Source of the DNA: Pedosphaera sp.
GTDB lineage: Bacteria; Verrucomicrobiota; Verrucomicrobiia; Limisphaerales; SIBH01
Assembly: GCA_031414955.1 (NCBI GenBank)
Contig: JANOQV010000030.1
Location: 1-64,000, forward strand
Direction of reading: 5' to 3'
DNA: 64,000 nt
A program made the position numbers and the translations under genes. The notes under the pieces were generated by a model, which worked only from the letters and a program-made list of their open reading frames with translations, made no database searches and was not told the DNA's origin. Shown here piece by piece: positions 47,401 through 55,883 of the stretch (within the stretch, counting starts at the first letter, position 1; the number at the start of each line of letters is the position of its first letter).

Positions 47401-50400
47401 CCGTCATCACCCTGCGCCGCCGTTATGGCACCTTTGGCGAAGTGCGGGTCGAGGCGTTCACGCAGGACGGCACGGCCGTGGCCGGGACTGATTATACCGG
47501 CGTCACCAACACGCTCATCTTTCCCCAAGGCGAAACGCGGGTGCAGTTGGTTGTGCCCGTCACGGCCAACGCCATCCCGAACGACGATCGCACGGTGTTG
47601 CTGGGACTGCGAAATTTCCTCGGAGCCGACACCGGCCCGCAGCCGGTGGCGACGCTGGTCATTCAGGATGACGATGCGTCGCTCAGTTTCAGCGGAGCCA
47701 ATTACGTGGTGAATGAGAATGCCGTCAGTGGCAACGCCACCATCCTGCTGACCCGCCAGGGCGGCACCAACCAGACGTTGACCGTGGACGTCGGCACGGT
47801 GGCCGGCGGCACGGCCACGGCGGGAGCAGACTACACTCCCACCACGGCTCCGCTTAGTTTTGGCCCCGGTGAGTTGAGCAAGCTCTTCACGGTGCCCATC
47901 GCCAATGACACTGTGCTGGAGGGGAATGAGACCATCCTGCTGGCCCTGTCCAATCCCGGCGCGGGCGTGACCCTGGGCCTCGCCAGCGCGGTGCTCAACG
48001 TGATTGACGACGAACTGCTCAACGGCCAGTTCCTCTTCCAGACCAATAATTTCATCGGCCAGGAAGGCGAGGGCGTGGCCCAGGTCGTGATTGTTCGCAC
48101 CAACGGCGCGGTGGGCATCGTCTCGGTGCGCCTGACCACCAGCAACCTTTCCGCCCTGGCCGGTTCCGATTATGTGAACACTAACATCTTGGTGACCTTT
48201 GACGACGGCGTGACCAACAAGGTCGTGCCCATCGTCTTGATCAACAATGCGGTGGCCGAACCGGACGAAGCCTTCCTGCTCACTCTCTCCCAGCCGACTG
48301 GCGGAGCCACCATCCTCCAGACCAATGCCACGGTCACCATTTACGACGATGAGATTTTGCCGGGCTTCCTCGGTTTCCAGACGAACGAATTCTTCGTCAA
48401 CGAGACGGCGGGATTTGCGACCATCAACGTGGTGCGGGCCAACAGCCGGCGCGGCGTGGTCTCGGTGGATTTCTCGGTCAGCAACGGCAGCGCCACGGCC
48501 GGGCTGGATTACACCACCAACAGCGGCACGCTGACCTTCGCCGATGGCGAGGATTTGAAATCATTTCTCATCCCGATCATCAACGACGTGGAAGGCGAGG
48601 GGAACGAGACGGTCCGGTTGAGCCTGACCAACCTGCAAGGGACGAACACGACCCTGACCCTGCCGACCGCGAACCTGAACATCGTGGACGACGACACGGC
48701 GCTGCGCTTCTCCTCCGCCACTTATTCGGCGGGTGAAACTCAGGGCGGAACGGTCATCACGGTGTTGCGCGGCGGCATCATCAACACCGCCGCCACCGTC
48801 GATTATCTCACCGTGCCCGGGGGCACGGCCGCGGGTGGGCTTGACTACACACCGGTGAGCGGCACGCTGGCCTGGTCGGCGGGCGACGCCACGCCCAAAA
48901 CCTTCCTCGTGCCGATCATCGACAACACCAGTTGGCAGGCGGATCGCACGGTGCTGTTGGTGCTGACCAACGCGGTCGGACTGGCGGTCTATGTCGGCAC
49001 TCCCTCCAACGCGGTGCTCACCATCATCAACGACGAAACGCAGAACCCGGTGGCCGGCCCCGTGGATCCGACCTTTAATGCGAACTTCGGAGCCGTCGGC
49101 TCCGTGCAGTCGATTTCTTACGACTCCGCATCCCGGCTTTACGTTGGCGGTGACTTCAGCCGCTTCCACGGCACGGCGGCCAATCGCCTGGTGCGCCTGC
49201 AGACGAACGGGGCGCTGGATCCGACCTTCAACCCCGGCAGCGGAGCCGACCAGATTGTTTACTCGGTGACGGCGTTGACCAATGGTGCGTACGTGGCCGG
49301 TGCCTTCACTAATGTGAACGGTGTGCCCGCCGGGCGCGTGGCGCGCTTGCTGGCCAACGGCAGCGTGGATGTCACATTCCTCTCGACGGTTGGTGCGAAC
49401 GGCCCCGTTCGGGCCGTGGCCTTGGCGGCGGCCGATCAGTTGGTCCTCGGCGGTGAGTTCCTGGCTTATGATGGCAACCCGGCCGCGCGTGTGGCGCGTT
49501 TGAATTCGAACGGCACTCTCGACACCTCATTCATCGTGGGCAGCGGCCCGAACAACACGGTGCGCGCCGTGGCCGTGCAGCCCAACGGGCAGGTTCTCAT
49601 TGGCGGCGACTTCACCAGCGTGAGCGGTTTCATCGTCTCGCATCTCGCCCGCCTCAATGTTGACGGTTCGCTCGACACTACCTTCGACACGGGATTGGGC
49701 GCGGATGGACCGGTGAACGCCCTTGCTCTCCAGGCGGACGGTAGGATTTTGGTGGGCGGCGAATTTGTGACCATCAACGGCGTGCCGCGCGACCGGCTGG
49801 CCCGGCTTAATGCCGGCGGTTCGGTGGACACGAGCTTCATCATTGGTGACGGAGCCGACGATGTGGTGCGGGCGGTGGCCTTGGATCTCGACGGCCATGT
49901 GTTGGTGGCCGGTGCTTTCAACACCTTCAACACGCACTTGCTGCGCGGGGTGGCCCGGCTCAATAGCGATGGCTCGCTCGATCCGGCCTTCAACGTGGGC
50001 TACGGCGCGGATGCTCCGGTGAACGCCCTCAGCGTGGTGAACCGGGCCTTGCCGCCGGCGGTGGCGGTGATGAATTTCAACGCCCTCATCGCCTCGAACT
50101 CGACGCCGTACACGACTCATACCGAAAACTTCATCACCTTTGGCAGTTTGGTCGGCGGAAGTTTCCTCGCCGTGAGCAACGGCAATCTGATTACCGGCGC
50201 GGAGCTGGGCTCATTTTCCTCGCCCTATGAAATCAGGCTGGCGGGTGGCTACAGCTTCACCTTGCAGAGCATCACCTTCTCCAACCTGACCGCGCCGGTG
50301 ACGATCACCTCGTCGCGGGGCGGAACGGTGGCGGTGGTGACGAGCGGTCCGTTCTTTTTCGATGCCAGCTTCGCCGGGGTGAGTTGGGTGCAACTCAGCG

Positions 50401-53400
50401 CGGCGGGCGTGGCCATCGTGGATGATCTCGTCGTCCTGCCGGGTGCGGATGCATTTGCCAGTCCGTCGTTTGCCCTCGGCGGCGACTTCGAGAAGTTCAA
50501 CCAAATCCAGCGCGGCGGGGTCGTGGTGCTGGGCAGCGGCGGTTCGGCCACGTTCGACTTTGACCCGCGGAACATTGCGGCGCGTTCGGTTTACGCGTCG
50601 GGCATTTACACGAACTCCGCGCAGCCGGGCACGCTTGGAAAAGTGGTGGTGGGCGGTGATTTCACCGCGCTCGTCGGTGTGGATCGGGTCAACCGTCTGG
50701 CCCGTTTGAACATTGATGGTACGCTCGACTCGAGCTTCGCCTCGGGCGTGGGTGCGGACGGCCCGGTGCGCGCGCTGGCCATTCAGCCCGATGGTCGCAC
50801 GGTCTTCGGTGGATATTTCACGACTTACGATTTCCTCACGCGCGCCTACCTGGCCCGGGTAAATGCCGATGGCACGCTGGACAACAGCTTCAACTTCGGG
50901 GCCGGTCTCGACAACGCGGTCCTGGCCCTCGCTCTCCAGGCGGACGGAAAAGTGGTGGTGGGCGGATTGTTCACCACGGTTTATGGCGTGCCGCGCCAGT
51001 CCATTGCGCGCATGAACACAAACGGCACGGTGGACGCGAGCTTCACCGTGGGGGCCGGCGCAGATGGCGCGGTGCGCGCGGTGGCCGTGCAGGCCGACGG
51101 CAAGATTTTGATCGGCGGCGATTTTCAGACCGTAAACGGCCTGCCCCGTGCCCACATCGCGCGGCTCAATGCCAACGGCACAGTGGACGGAACTTTCAAC
51201 CCCGGCCTGGGCGCGGATGGCCCGGTGAACGCGATTGCCCTCACCAGCACGGGCGGCATTCTCATTGGCGGTGCCTTCACCAATTACCACGGCGCTCCCG
51301 CTCCACGCCTCGTTCAACTCACCAGTGGCGGCGCACTCGACGGTTCGTTCAATCCCGGCTCGGGCGCGAACGACTTCGTCAGCTCCATCGTCCTCCAGCC
51401 GAACGGACTGGCCCTGGTCGGGGGCAGTTTCACCACTTTCAACGGTCAGATTCGCCATCGCCTCGTGCGGTTGACCACCACCGGCGCGCTGGATCCGACG
51501 ATCAATTTTGGCGCGGGAGCGAACGACCTGATCAACACCATCGCTCTTCAAAATTACGATGGGAAGATGGTCATTGGCGGACGGTTCACGGCAGTCGATG
51601 GCCTGACGCGCGTGGCCGTGGCCCGGCTGTTCGGGGGGACAAATGCTGGTGGCGGTGCCTTCCAATTCAGCACTCTGGCCTACTTCGTCAATGAGCACGG
51701 CGGCAGCGCGGTGCTGACCGTCCACCGCACCGGCGGCACGCTGGGCGCGGCCTCGGTGGCCTTTGCCACGGGCAATGGTTCCGCCACCTCGCCCACCGAC
51801 TACACGGCCACCATTGGCACGTTGAACTTTGCCGAGGCGGAGTCGGTGAAACAGATCACGGTGCCCATCATCGACAACTCGATCACCAACGTGGACCGGA
51901 CGTTTATCGTCACGCTCTCCAACCCGAGTCCCGGTTCCAGCCTCGGCTCGAACACCACGGCGTCAGTCATCATCCAGGACAACGACAGCGTGATTGGGTT
52001 CAGCGCCGCCTCCTATTTGGTCAACGAGAACGGCCTGGTGGCGCGGATCACGGTGCAGCGCACTGGCGGTGCGGCGGACGCCGTCGCGGTGGAATATGCG
52101 ACTGGCACCAACGGGACGGCCACGGCCGGATTGGATTTCACCCCGGCGGGCGGCATTCTGGTCTTTCCCTCCGGCGTTCGGTCCCAGACCTTCGACGTGC
52201 TGATCACGGATGATGTTTTCAATGAATTCCATGAAACCGTGCCGCTCACTTTGCTCAATCCGGCCGGCCCGGCTGTGCTCGGGCTGGCGGCGGCCACCCT
52301 CACCATCGTCGAGAACGACGCCGGGGCGGGCGTGATTACTTTCGGCACCAACTCCTACTTCGCCAGCGAAGAGGTGGGCCTGGCCTTTGTCGAAGTGCTG
52401 CGGACCAACGGCCACAGCGGCGCGGTGGCGGTGAATTTCCAGACCCTGACTGGTTCGGCCACGCCGGGAATCGACTTTGTGGTGACCAACGGCAGCGTGA
52501 GTTTTGGCGATGGAGTGACCAGCGCTTTTCTCGCCGTGCGCCTGCTCGACAATGTGGTGCAGGAGGGCGACGAGACGGTGCCCGTCCGGCTCTTCGGCCC
52601 AAGCGGCGGGGCGACCCTCGGACTGAACCTGGCGAATCTGACCATCGTGGACAACGACGCGCCCGGCACCTTCGTCTTCAGTTCGCCGCTCTACACCGTT
52701 TCCGAGGCCGGTGCCTTTGTCACCGTGACCATCCTCCGCACTAACGGCAACCAGGGCGCGGCCAGCGTGACCTTGGTGACCAGCGGTGGCACGGCCACGC
52801 CCACGGCGGATTACGCGCCCGTCTCGAATGTGCTGAACTTTGCCTCGGGCCAGTCGGTGGGTACGGTGAACATCGCCATCCTGCAGGATGGCCTGGTCGA
52901 GGGCACGGAGACGGTGGGCCTGCTGCTGGCCAACGCGGTCGGGGCCACCAATTCCCTCGGGACCGCCACGATTCAAATCCATGACGATGAAGTGGCGGTC
53001 GGTTTCAGCGCGGCCACCTACGATGTGACCGAGAGCACGACCAACGTGACCATCACGCTCCTGCGCACCGGCGACACGAACAGCCCGTTCTCCGCCCTGG
53101 TCAACACCAGCGACGGCACGGCCTTCGCGCCCGGCGATTATCTCGGCAACTCGGTGCTGATGAGTTTCGCCGCCGGCCAGACCAGCCGGACCTTCATCGT
53201 TACGGTGATCGACGACACGCTGGCGGAAGGGGACGAGTTCGTGAACCTGACGCTCTCCAATCCTTCCCCCGGACTTTCGCTCGGGCCGGTGGCCACCGCC
53301 CGGCTGAACATTTTGGACAATGACACGGTGGTGCAATTTAGCGCGCCGCTTTACGCGACCAACGAAGCCACCGTGGTCATGCTCATCCCGGTGATTCGCA

Positions 53401-55778
53401 GCGGCTTCCTCGGCGGAACCTCGCTGGTGGACTGCGCCGTTGCTCCCGGCGGCACCGCCACCGCCGGAGTTGATTTCTTCGGGGCCAACACGCCCTTGAC
53501 CTTCGCCGTGGGGCAGGCCCTCCAGCTTTTCCAGGTCACGCTGCTGGATGATTTCCTGGTCGAAGGGGATGAGACGATTTTCGTGAGCCTGAGCAATCCT
53601 CTGGGCACTCTGATCGGAGCGCAGTCCAGCTCCGTCATTAACATCGTGGACAACGACACCACGGTCGGATTCTCCCAGACTAATTATGTGGTGAACGAGA
53701 AGGTGACCAACGCCCTCATCACCATCGTGCGCAATGGCTCGCCGTTTCAGGCCATCTCCGTGCAGTTCCGCACCATCAACGGCAGCGCGAGCAACGGACT
53801 GGATTACGTGTTCACTTCGAACAACTTGAGTTGGGCGGCCAACGACATTTCGCCGCGCCTCGTGGCGGTGCCGGTGCTTGATGATGCCCTGGCCGAGGGA
53901 TCGGAATACGTTCAGCTCCAGTTGGTGAACCCGACCAATGCCCTGGCTGATCCGCTGACGGGCCTGGCCACGCTGACCATCGTGGATGATGCCGGTGCCA
54001 TTGCCTTCGCCGCCACGTCCTTCAGCGTGATCGAGGGCGCGACGAACGCCTTGATCCAGCTCGTTCGCACCGGAGGCTCCAATGGCACGGTGAGCGTGGC
54101 CTGGACTGTGACTGGCGGCACGGCCACCGCCGGCTCGGATTACACCGGCACCACCGGCACGGTGGTCTTCGCCGCCGGCGAAACCACCAAGCAAATCATC
54201 CTGCCCATCGCCGAAGATGCTCTCGTCGAAGGCATCGAGAACGTGATCCTGGCCCTGAGCAATGCCTCCAATGGCGCCCGCGTGGGCGGACCGTCGAGCG
54301 CGACCCTCTCCATTCTCGACAATGACACCGGCATCATCGTCGCGTCGGGCACGGCCCTGACCTTCGAGAGTTTGGTTCCGACCAACCGCGTGATCGAGCC
54401 GAACGAACGGGTCACGATTCAGTTCGGCCTGCGCAACGCCGGCCTGGTGGACGCCAACAATGTCTCGGCCACGATCGTTTACGCGAACGGCATCACTCAC
54501 ACCAACGCCCAGACCCAAAGCTACGGCGCGCTGCTTGCGAGCGGCCACACCGTGGCCCGGCCCTTTAACTTCACCGCGCTGGGCACCAACGGCACGCGCA
54601 TCACGGCCACGCTGCTCCTCACGAACAATGGGGTGTTCCTCGGCCCGGTCTCCTTCGACTTTGTCCTTGGGAGCCAGAGTTTGAACTTCCAGAACGCCAA
54701 TGCCATCGCGCTGAACGTCCTCGGTTCGGCCACGCCTTACCCGGCCGGAATCACGGTGGCTGGCCTGGCCGGCCCGGTGAACCGTGTGACGGTGGCCCTG
54801 CACAACATCACTCATCCTTTCCCTGACGATCTCGACATCCTGCTGGTGGCTCCAAACGGCGCGCGGGTCATGCTCATGTCGGATGCCGGCGGCGGCAACG
54901 CCTTGAACAATGTCACGCTCACGTTTGATGACGCGGCTGCGCTGGCCATTCCGGACAACACCGCCATTTCCGCCGGCACTTATCGTCCGGGCAACTATCT
55001 GATTCAGAACGATCCGTTCGCCGCGCCGGCTCCGGCTGCGCCTTACAGCAATACGCTCGCGGCCTTCAATGGGAGCGCCGCCAACGGTGTCTGGTCGCTC
55101 TACATCACGGATGATTCGGAGTTCTCGCTTGGGGCCATCGCCAACGGCTGGAGCTTGAACATTTCGACGGCGGACACGGTGGTCTCGGGCGCGGATCTGG
55201 CCGTGGTGGTCACCGATGCGCCCGATCCAGCGACCACCGGCGGCCCGGTGACTTACACCATCGCGATCACGAATTACGGTCCGGCCACGGCCACTTCGGT
55301 GGTGCTGACGAACCTGCTGCCGTCGGCGGCGAGTCTCCCGATCGTGAGTGGGCCGGGCACGCACACGCTGAACGGCAACGTGCTCTCCAGTGTCTTGGGC
55401 AGTCTGGCCCTCGGGTCCGGCACGGTGGTAACCGTGACCATGACCGCTCCGGCGACGAACGCCTTGCTGACTTTTGATTCGACGGTGGCCTCGTCCGAGG
55501 TTGATCCCAATCCAGGCAACAACCACGTTTCGATCAAGACGACGGTGGGAGCCGCCCCGGATGTGCCGCCGTTATTTGTGGCGCGCAAGAACAGCCAGTT
55601 GGTGCTCAGTTGGCAGGATGCCTCGACCAATGTGGTGTTGAGAACCGCCGCGACCATTGGCGTGGCCGCTGACTGGTCGGGGGTGCCGAATGCCCCGGTG
55701 ATCAGCAACGGCGTGAGCACCGTGACGATGCCCATGGACAGTGGGTTGAAGTTCTTCCGGTTGCAGCGAGTTCCTTAG
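41472..55778 (+). CDS. Giant exported protein: PPC-like N-domain, Calx-beta arrays, multiple delta-60 propellers, P-domain, DUF11, C-terminal domain; about 4768 aa
   Basis: Signal peptide ending RLAA|QQP. PVNDNF...SVWYSW...DTILAVYTG...YNIAVDG (PPC-like). Many Calx-beta and delta-60 repeats. HPFPDDLDILLVAPNG (P-domain). Ends KFFRLQRVP. Confidence 0.9.
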   Translation: MKSIFERGSVNQRPGPIRGWACKVFLLLIAFASSLVPRLAAQQPVNDNFTNATVIAGFVGSALGITTGATAEPGEPNHWPTTLTGRSVWYSWVAPADGTVSIDTLGSAYDTILAVYTGSNVAALNLIANDDDSGFGLESQVIFFGVAGTTYNIAVDGYNYNDGLGPRNGPFRLNWASATNFVAAPTNEIQFAATNFTAAENAPGFAVIIVNYGGGAAGPVSIDYATADGTALVGTDYLRVTNTLTFQVGESNKSFTVPILDNAVQNSNKTVLLSLANPTGGAVLGALSNAVLTIQDDETLPVVSAAGVFNFSLPAYVVTENETFRAPFPGASINFPSRSPLGALVMVTRTGGASGRVLVDVGVGVAVGGVFPLTQTLAFDDQQMSATFVVDIPQVGAGIINLTLLNPRADPLEDPLTIIPTIGFPLSSIQILAVNTPTPASYSIERRTYRVDEYNPFDPFNFGLTNLLNFIDIDIINPSGLGGSVGIETRANVYGYLVQDGSDYPEAQNFIFPETPYTDGFAGITNFIDYIPFDITVNFPNGTTRRTIRLVVTNDATVEFNEDVQLRLHDPDNQHVLRNALANVTIMYDEQPAGQADREWNPEGVSFSQPPFNATPGANNTVSAVAVQADGRTVLVGDFTAVNSVSRFRVARMNVDGSLDLTFNPGSGADGFIEALVIYPPTLGTNGNKILIAGGFSAVNNVSRHGLARLNVNGSLDNSFFVGNGADGFVHTLTLQSDGKVLVSGDFTHWNDVAVPGLMRLNQDGSLDPSFNAGLAANNTIWSVAVRDTPQSIFVPRDAAGTQFEDVNVIETGSTAGTITITYDFYGIPDTIRVFYQGAMILDLTTNLAGSLTLAYGPGLATDFTIIMNQGIGLPGTAWEYKVSVLPVITARTIYLGGDFTEFNGLTRNGVVRLLDNGTVDPTFDPGLGVDGSVFAVAVQPDNKLLVGGAFHRFHTSERNSIVRLRNTGALDADYNVGTGFNDSVYCITLQPDNKALIGGLFQEFDGVRRMGLTRLFVGGSLDTSFMDTAYNQFSGLPRTFSFDPPRYVNSIALQADGNLMIGGSFTNLGGNYSIYRAIRNNYTVFTRADKTTRFNIARVLGGYTPGPGNTEFDPSAFPFTIDENGPIFYATMRRVDGRLGTAQVIATNSNVTANSPGDFFNQGVPQIWPEFAYAAPDSVGYVGVNYFAIPILEDTFQEGDETFHVGAVIPSGSITLGGEFVPLGAARGRFDASMVTIADNDFSPGEFNFNLSGYITNEGASFALITVIRTNGTAGGVSVDYLTRPGPVAAATTNADFSPVRGTLSFSSGQAVRTFQVPIVNDAVVEFDETITLVLTNATGGAKLPGGTPTSVATATLTIVDNDFLQGRLNFATSGFTNNENETVATIIVTRTGGNVGAMTVQVRTANGTATHPADYTGVTNTLSWADSDSSAKSFTIPLVLDGLVEGTETVNLFLYNPAINGALGARTNAVLGIADADNFGVLSLSQPFYEVDENGSAPVITVNRSGGIAGTATVNFATAVLTATPGVDYNNVSGTLTFLPGETSHNFVVPILDDLVPDGDKAILITLQNATNGSVGSLSNSVLTFIDNESFNLPAGSPDPSFHSVANDVVYALALQNDGRILMAGEFTLVNDVPRNRLARVKPSGVLDETFNIGPGANGSIRTLALQPDGKLLVGGLFTVINSTNRNHLARLGTDGSMDAFFNPGAGADNPVYALALQGDDKIVVGGSFATFNGFIRPGVVRLNTNGSVDLNFTPGTGVNGTVYALAVQSDGKILVGGDFTSFNGVARTNLIRLNLNGTLDNTFNPAFSINGVVSALLVQPDGKILLGGSFTNVNGTLRRGLARLLSGGGLDGSFLAGWSGADDAVFDLKQQVDGRLVVAGAFRTFNGVTRRGVTRLLADGATDPAINFGNGANAFVAALLIQPDRHIVFGGGFTEYDDQAHAHLVRIYGGSIAGSGALEFSAPLFTASESGSNAVITLRRRYGTFGEVRVEAFTQDGTAVAGTDYTGVTNTLIFPQGETRVQLVVPVTANAIPNDDRTVLLGLRNFLGADTGPQPVATLVIQDDDASLSFSGANYVVNENAVSGNATILLTRQGGTNQTLTVDVGTVAGGTATAGADYTPTTAPLSFGPGELSKLFTVPIANDTVLEGNETILLALSNPGAGVTLGLASAVLNVIDDELLNGQFLFQTNNFIGQEGEGVAQVVIVRTNGAVGIVSVRLTTSNLSALAGSDYVNTNILVTFDDGVTNKVVPIVLINNAVAEPDEAFLLTLSQPTGGATILQTNATVTIYDDEILPGFLGFQTNEFFVNETAGFATINVVRANSRRGVVSVDFSVSNGSATAGLDYTTNSGTLTFADGEDLKSFLIPIINDVEGEGNETVRLSLTNLQGTNTTLTLPTANLNIVDDDTALRFSSATYSAGETQGGTVITVLRGGIINTAATVDYLTVPGGTAAGGLDYTPVSGTLAWSAGDATPKTFLVPIIDNTSWQADRTVLLVLTNAVGLAVYVGTPSNAVLTIINDETQNPVAGPVDPTFNANFGAVGSVQSISYDSASRLYVGGDFSRFHGTAANRLVRLQTNGALDPTFNPGSGADQIVYSVTALTNGAYVAGAFTNVNGVPAGRVARLLANGSVDVTFLSTVGANGPVRAVALAAADQLVLGGEFLAYDGNPAARVARLNSNGTLDTSFIVGSGPNNTVRAVAVQPNGQVLIGGDFTSVSGFIVSHLARLNVDGSLDTTFDTGLGADGPVNALALQADGRILVGGEFVTINGVPRDRLARLNAGGSVDTSFIIGDGADDVVRAVALDLDGHVLVAGAFNTFNTHLLRGVARLNSDGSLDPAFNVGYGADAPVNALSVVNRALPPAVAVMNFNALIASNSTPYTTHTENFITFGSLVGGSFLAVSNGNLITGAELGSFSSPYEIRLAGGYSFTLQSITFSNLTAPVTITSSRGGTVAVVTSGPFFFDASFAGVSWVQLSAAGVAIVDDLVVLPGADAFASPSFALGGDFEKFNQIQRGGVVVLGSGGSATFDFDPRNIAARSVYASGIYTNSAQPGTLGKVVVGGDFTALVGVDRVNRLARLNIDGTLDSSFASGVGADGPVRALAIQPDGRTVFGGYFTTYDFLTRAYLARVNADGTLDNSFNFGAGLDNAVLALALQADGKVVVGGLFTTVYGVPRQSIARMNTNGTVDASFTVGAGADGAVRAVAVQADGKILIGGDFQTVNGLPRAHIARLNANGTVDGTFNPGLGADGPVNAIALTSTGGILIGGAFTNYHGAPAPRLVQLTSGGALDGSFNPGSGANDFVSSIVLQPNGLALVGGSFTTFNGQIRHRLVRLTTTGALDPTINFGAGANDLINTIALQNYDGKMVIGGRFTAVDGLTRVAVARLFGGTNAGGGAFQFSTLAYFVNEHGGSAVLTVHRTGGTLGAASVAFATGNGSATSPTDYTATIGTLNFAEAESVKQITVPIIDNSITNVDRTFIVTLSNPSPGSSLGSNTTASVIIQDNDSVIGFSAASYLVNENGLVARITVQRTGGAADAVAVEYATGTNGTATAGLDFTPAGGILVFPSGVRSQTFDVLITDDVFNEFHETVPLTLLNPAGPAVLGLAAATLTIVENDAGAGVITFGTNSYFASEEVGLAFVEVLRTNGHSGAVAVNFQTLTGSATPGIDFVVTNGSVSFGDGVTSAFLAVRLLDNVVQEGDETVPVRLFGPSGGATLGLNLANLTIVDNDAPGTFVFSSPLYTVSEAGAFVTVTILRTNGNQGAASVTLVTSGGTATPTADYAPVSNVLNFASGQSVGTVNIAILQDGLVEGTETVGLLLANAVGATNSLGTATIQIHDDEVAVGFSAATYDVTESTTNVTITLLRTGDTNSPFSALVNTSDGTAFAPGDYLGNSVLMSFAAGQTSRTFIVTVIDDTLAEGDEFVNLTLSNPSPGLSLGPVATARLNILDNDTVVQFSAPLYATNEATVVMLIPVIRSGFLGGTSLVDCAVAPGGTATAGVDFFGANTPLTFAVGQALQLFQVTLLDDFLVEGDETIFVSLSNPLGTLIGAQSSSVINIVDNDTTVGFSQTNYVVNEKVTNALITIVRNGSPFQAISVQFRTINGSASNGLDYVFTSNNLSWAANDISPRLVAVPVLDDALAEGSEYVQLQLVNPTNALADPLTGLATLTIVDDAGAIAFAATSFSVIEGATNALIQLVRTGGSNGTVSVAWTVTGGTATAGSDYTGTTGTVVFAAGETTKQIILPIAEDALVEGIENVILALSNASNGARVGGPSSATLSILDNDTGIIVASGTALTFESLVPTNRVIEPNERVTIQFGLRNAGLVDANNVSATIVYANGITHTNAQTQSYGALLASGHTVARPFNFTALGTNGTRITATLLLTNNGVFLGPVSFDFVLGSQSLNFQNANAIALNVLGSATPYPAGITVAGLAGPVNRVTVALHNITHPFPDDLDILLVAPNGARVMLMSDAGGGNALNNVTLTFDDAAALAIPDNTAISAGTYRPGNYLIQNDPFAAPAPAAPYSNTLAAFNGSAANGVWSLYITDDSEFSLGAIANGWSLNISTADTVVSGADLAVVVTDAPDPATTGGPVTYTIAITNYGPATATSVVLTNLLPSAASLPIVSGPGTHTLNGNVLSSVLGSLALGSGTVVTVTMTAPATNALLTFDSTVASSEVDPNPGNNHVSIKTTVGAAPDVPPLFVARKNSQLVLSWQDASTNVVLRTAATIGVAADWSGVPNAPVISNGVSTVTMPMDSGLKFFRLQRVP

Positions 55779-55826
55779 CGAATGGAATGAAGTTAGGTGG
55801 CGCGAAGAGCGCTTGAATTTATCGCC

Positions 55827-55868
55827 GGACGCAGGCGGGACGTTTCCGCCCGCGTTCGCGCGTTTTTT
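55827..55868 (+). terminator. Possible intrinsic terminator between the 4768-aa gene and the M36 gene
   Basis: Imperfect stem GGACGCAGGCGGGA-cgt-TTCCGCCCGCGTTC, then GCGCG and TTTTTT. The U-tract is offset from the stem. Confidence 0.35.
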
Positions 55869-55883
55869 GGATGGTTAAGTGAT

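Noticed and set aside
43830..50468. Inteins as the explanation for the inserts in the delta-60 repeats
   Set aside because: The inserts lack an N-terminal Cys/Ser with block B and a C-terminal HN-[C/S/T] splice junction.
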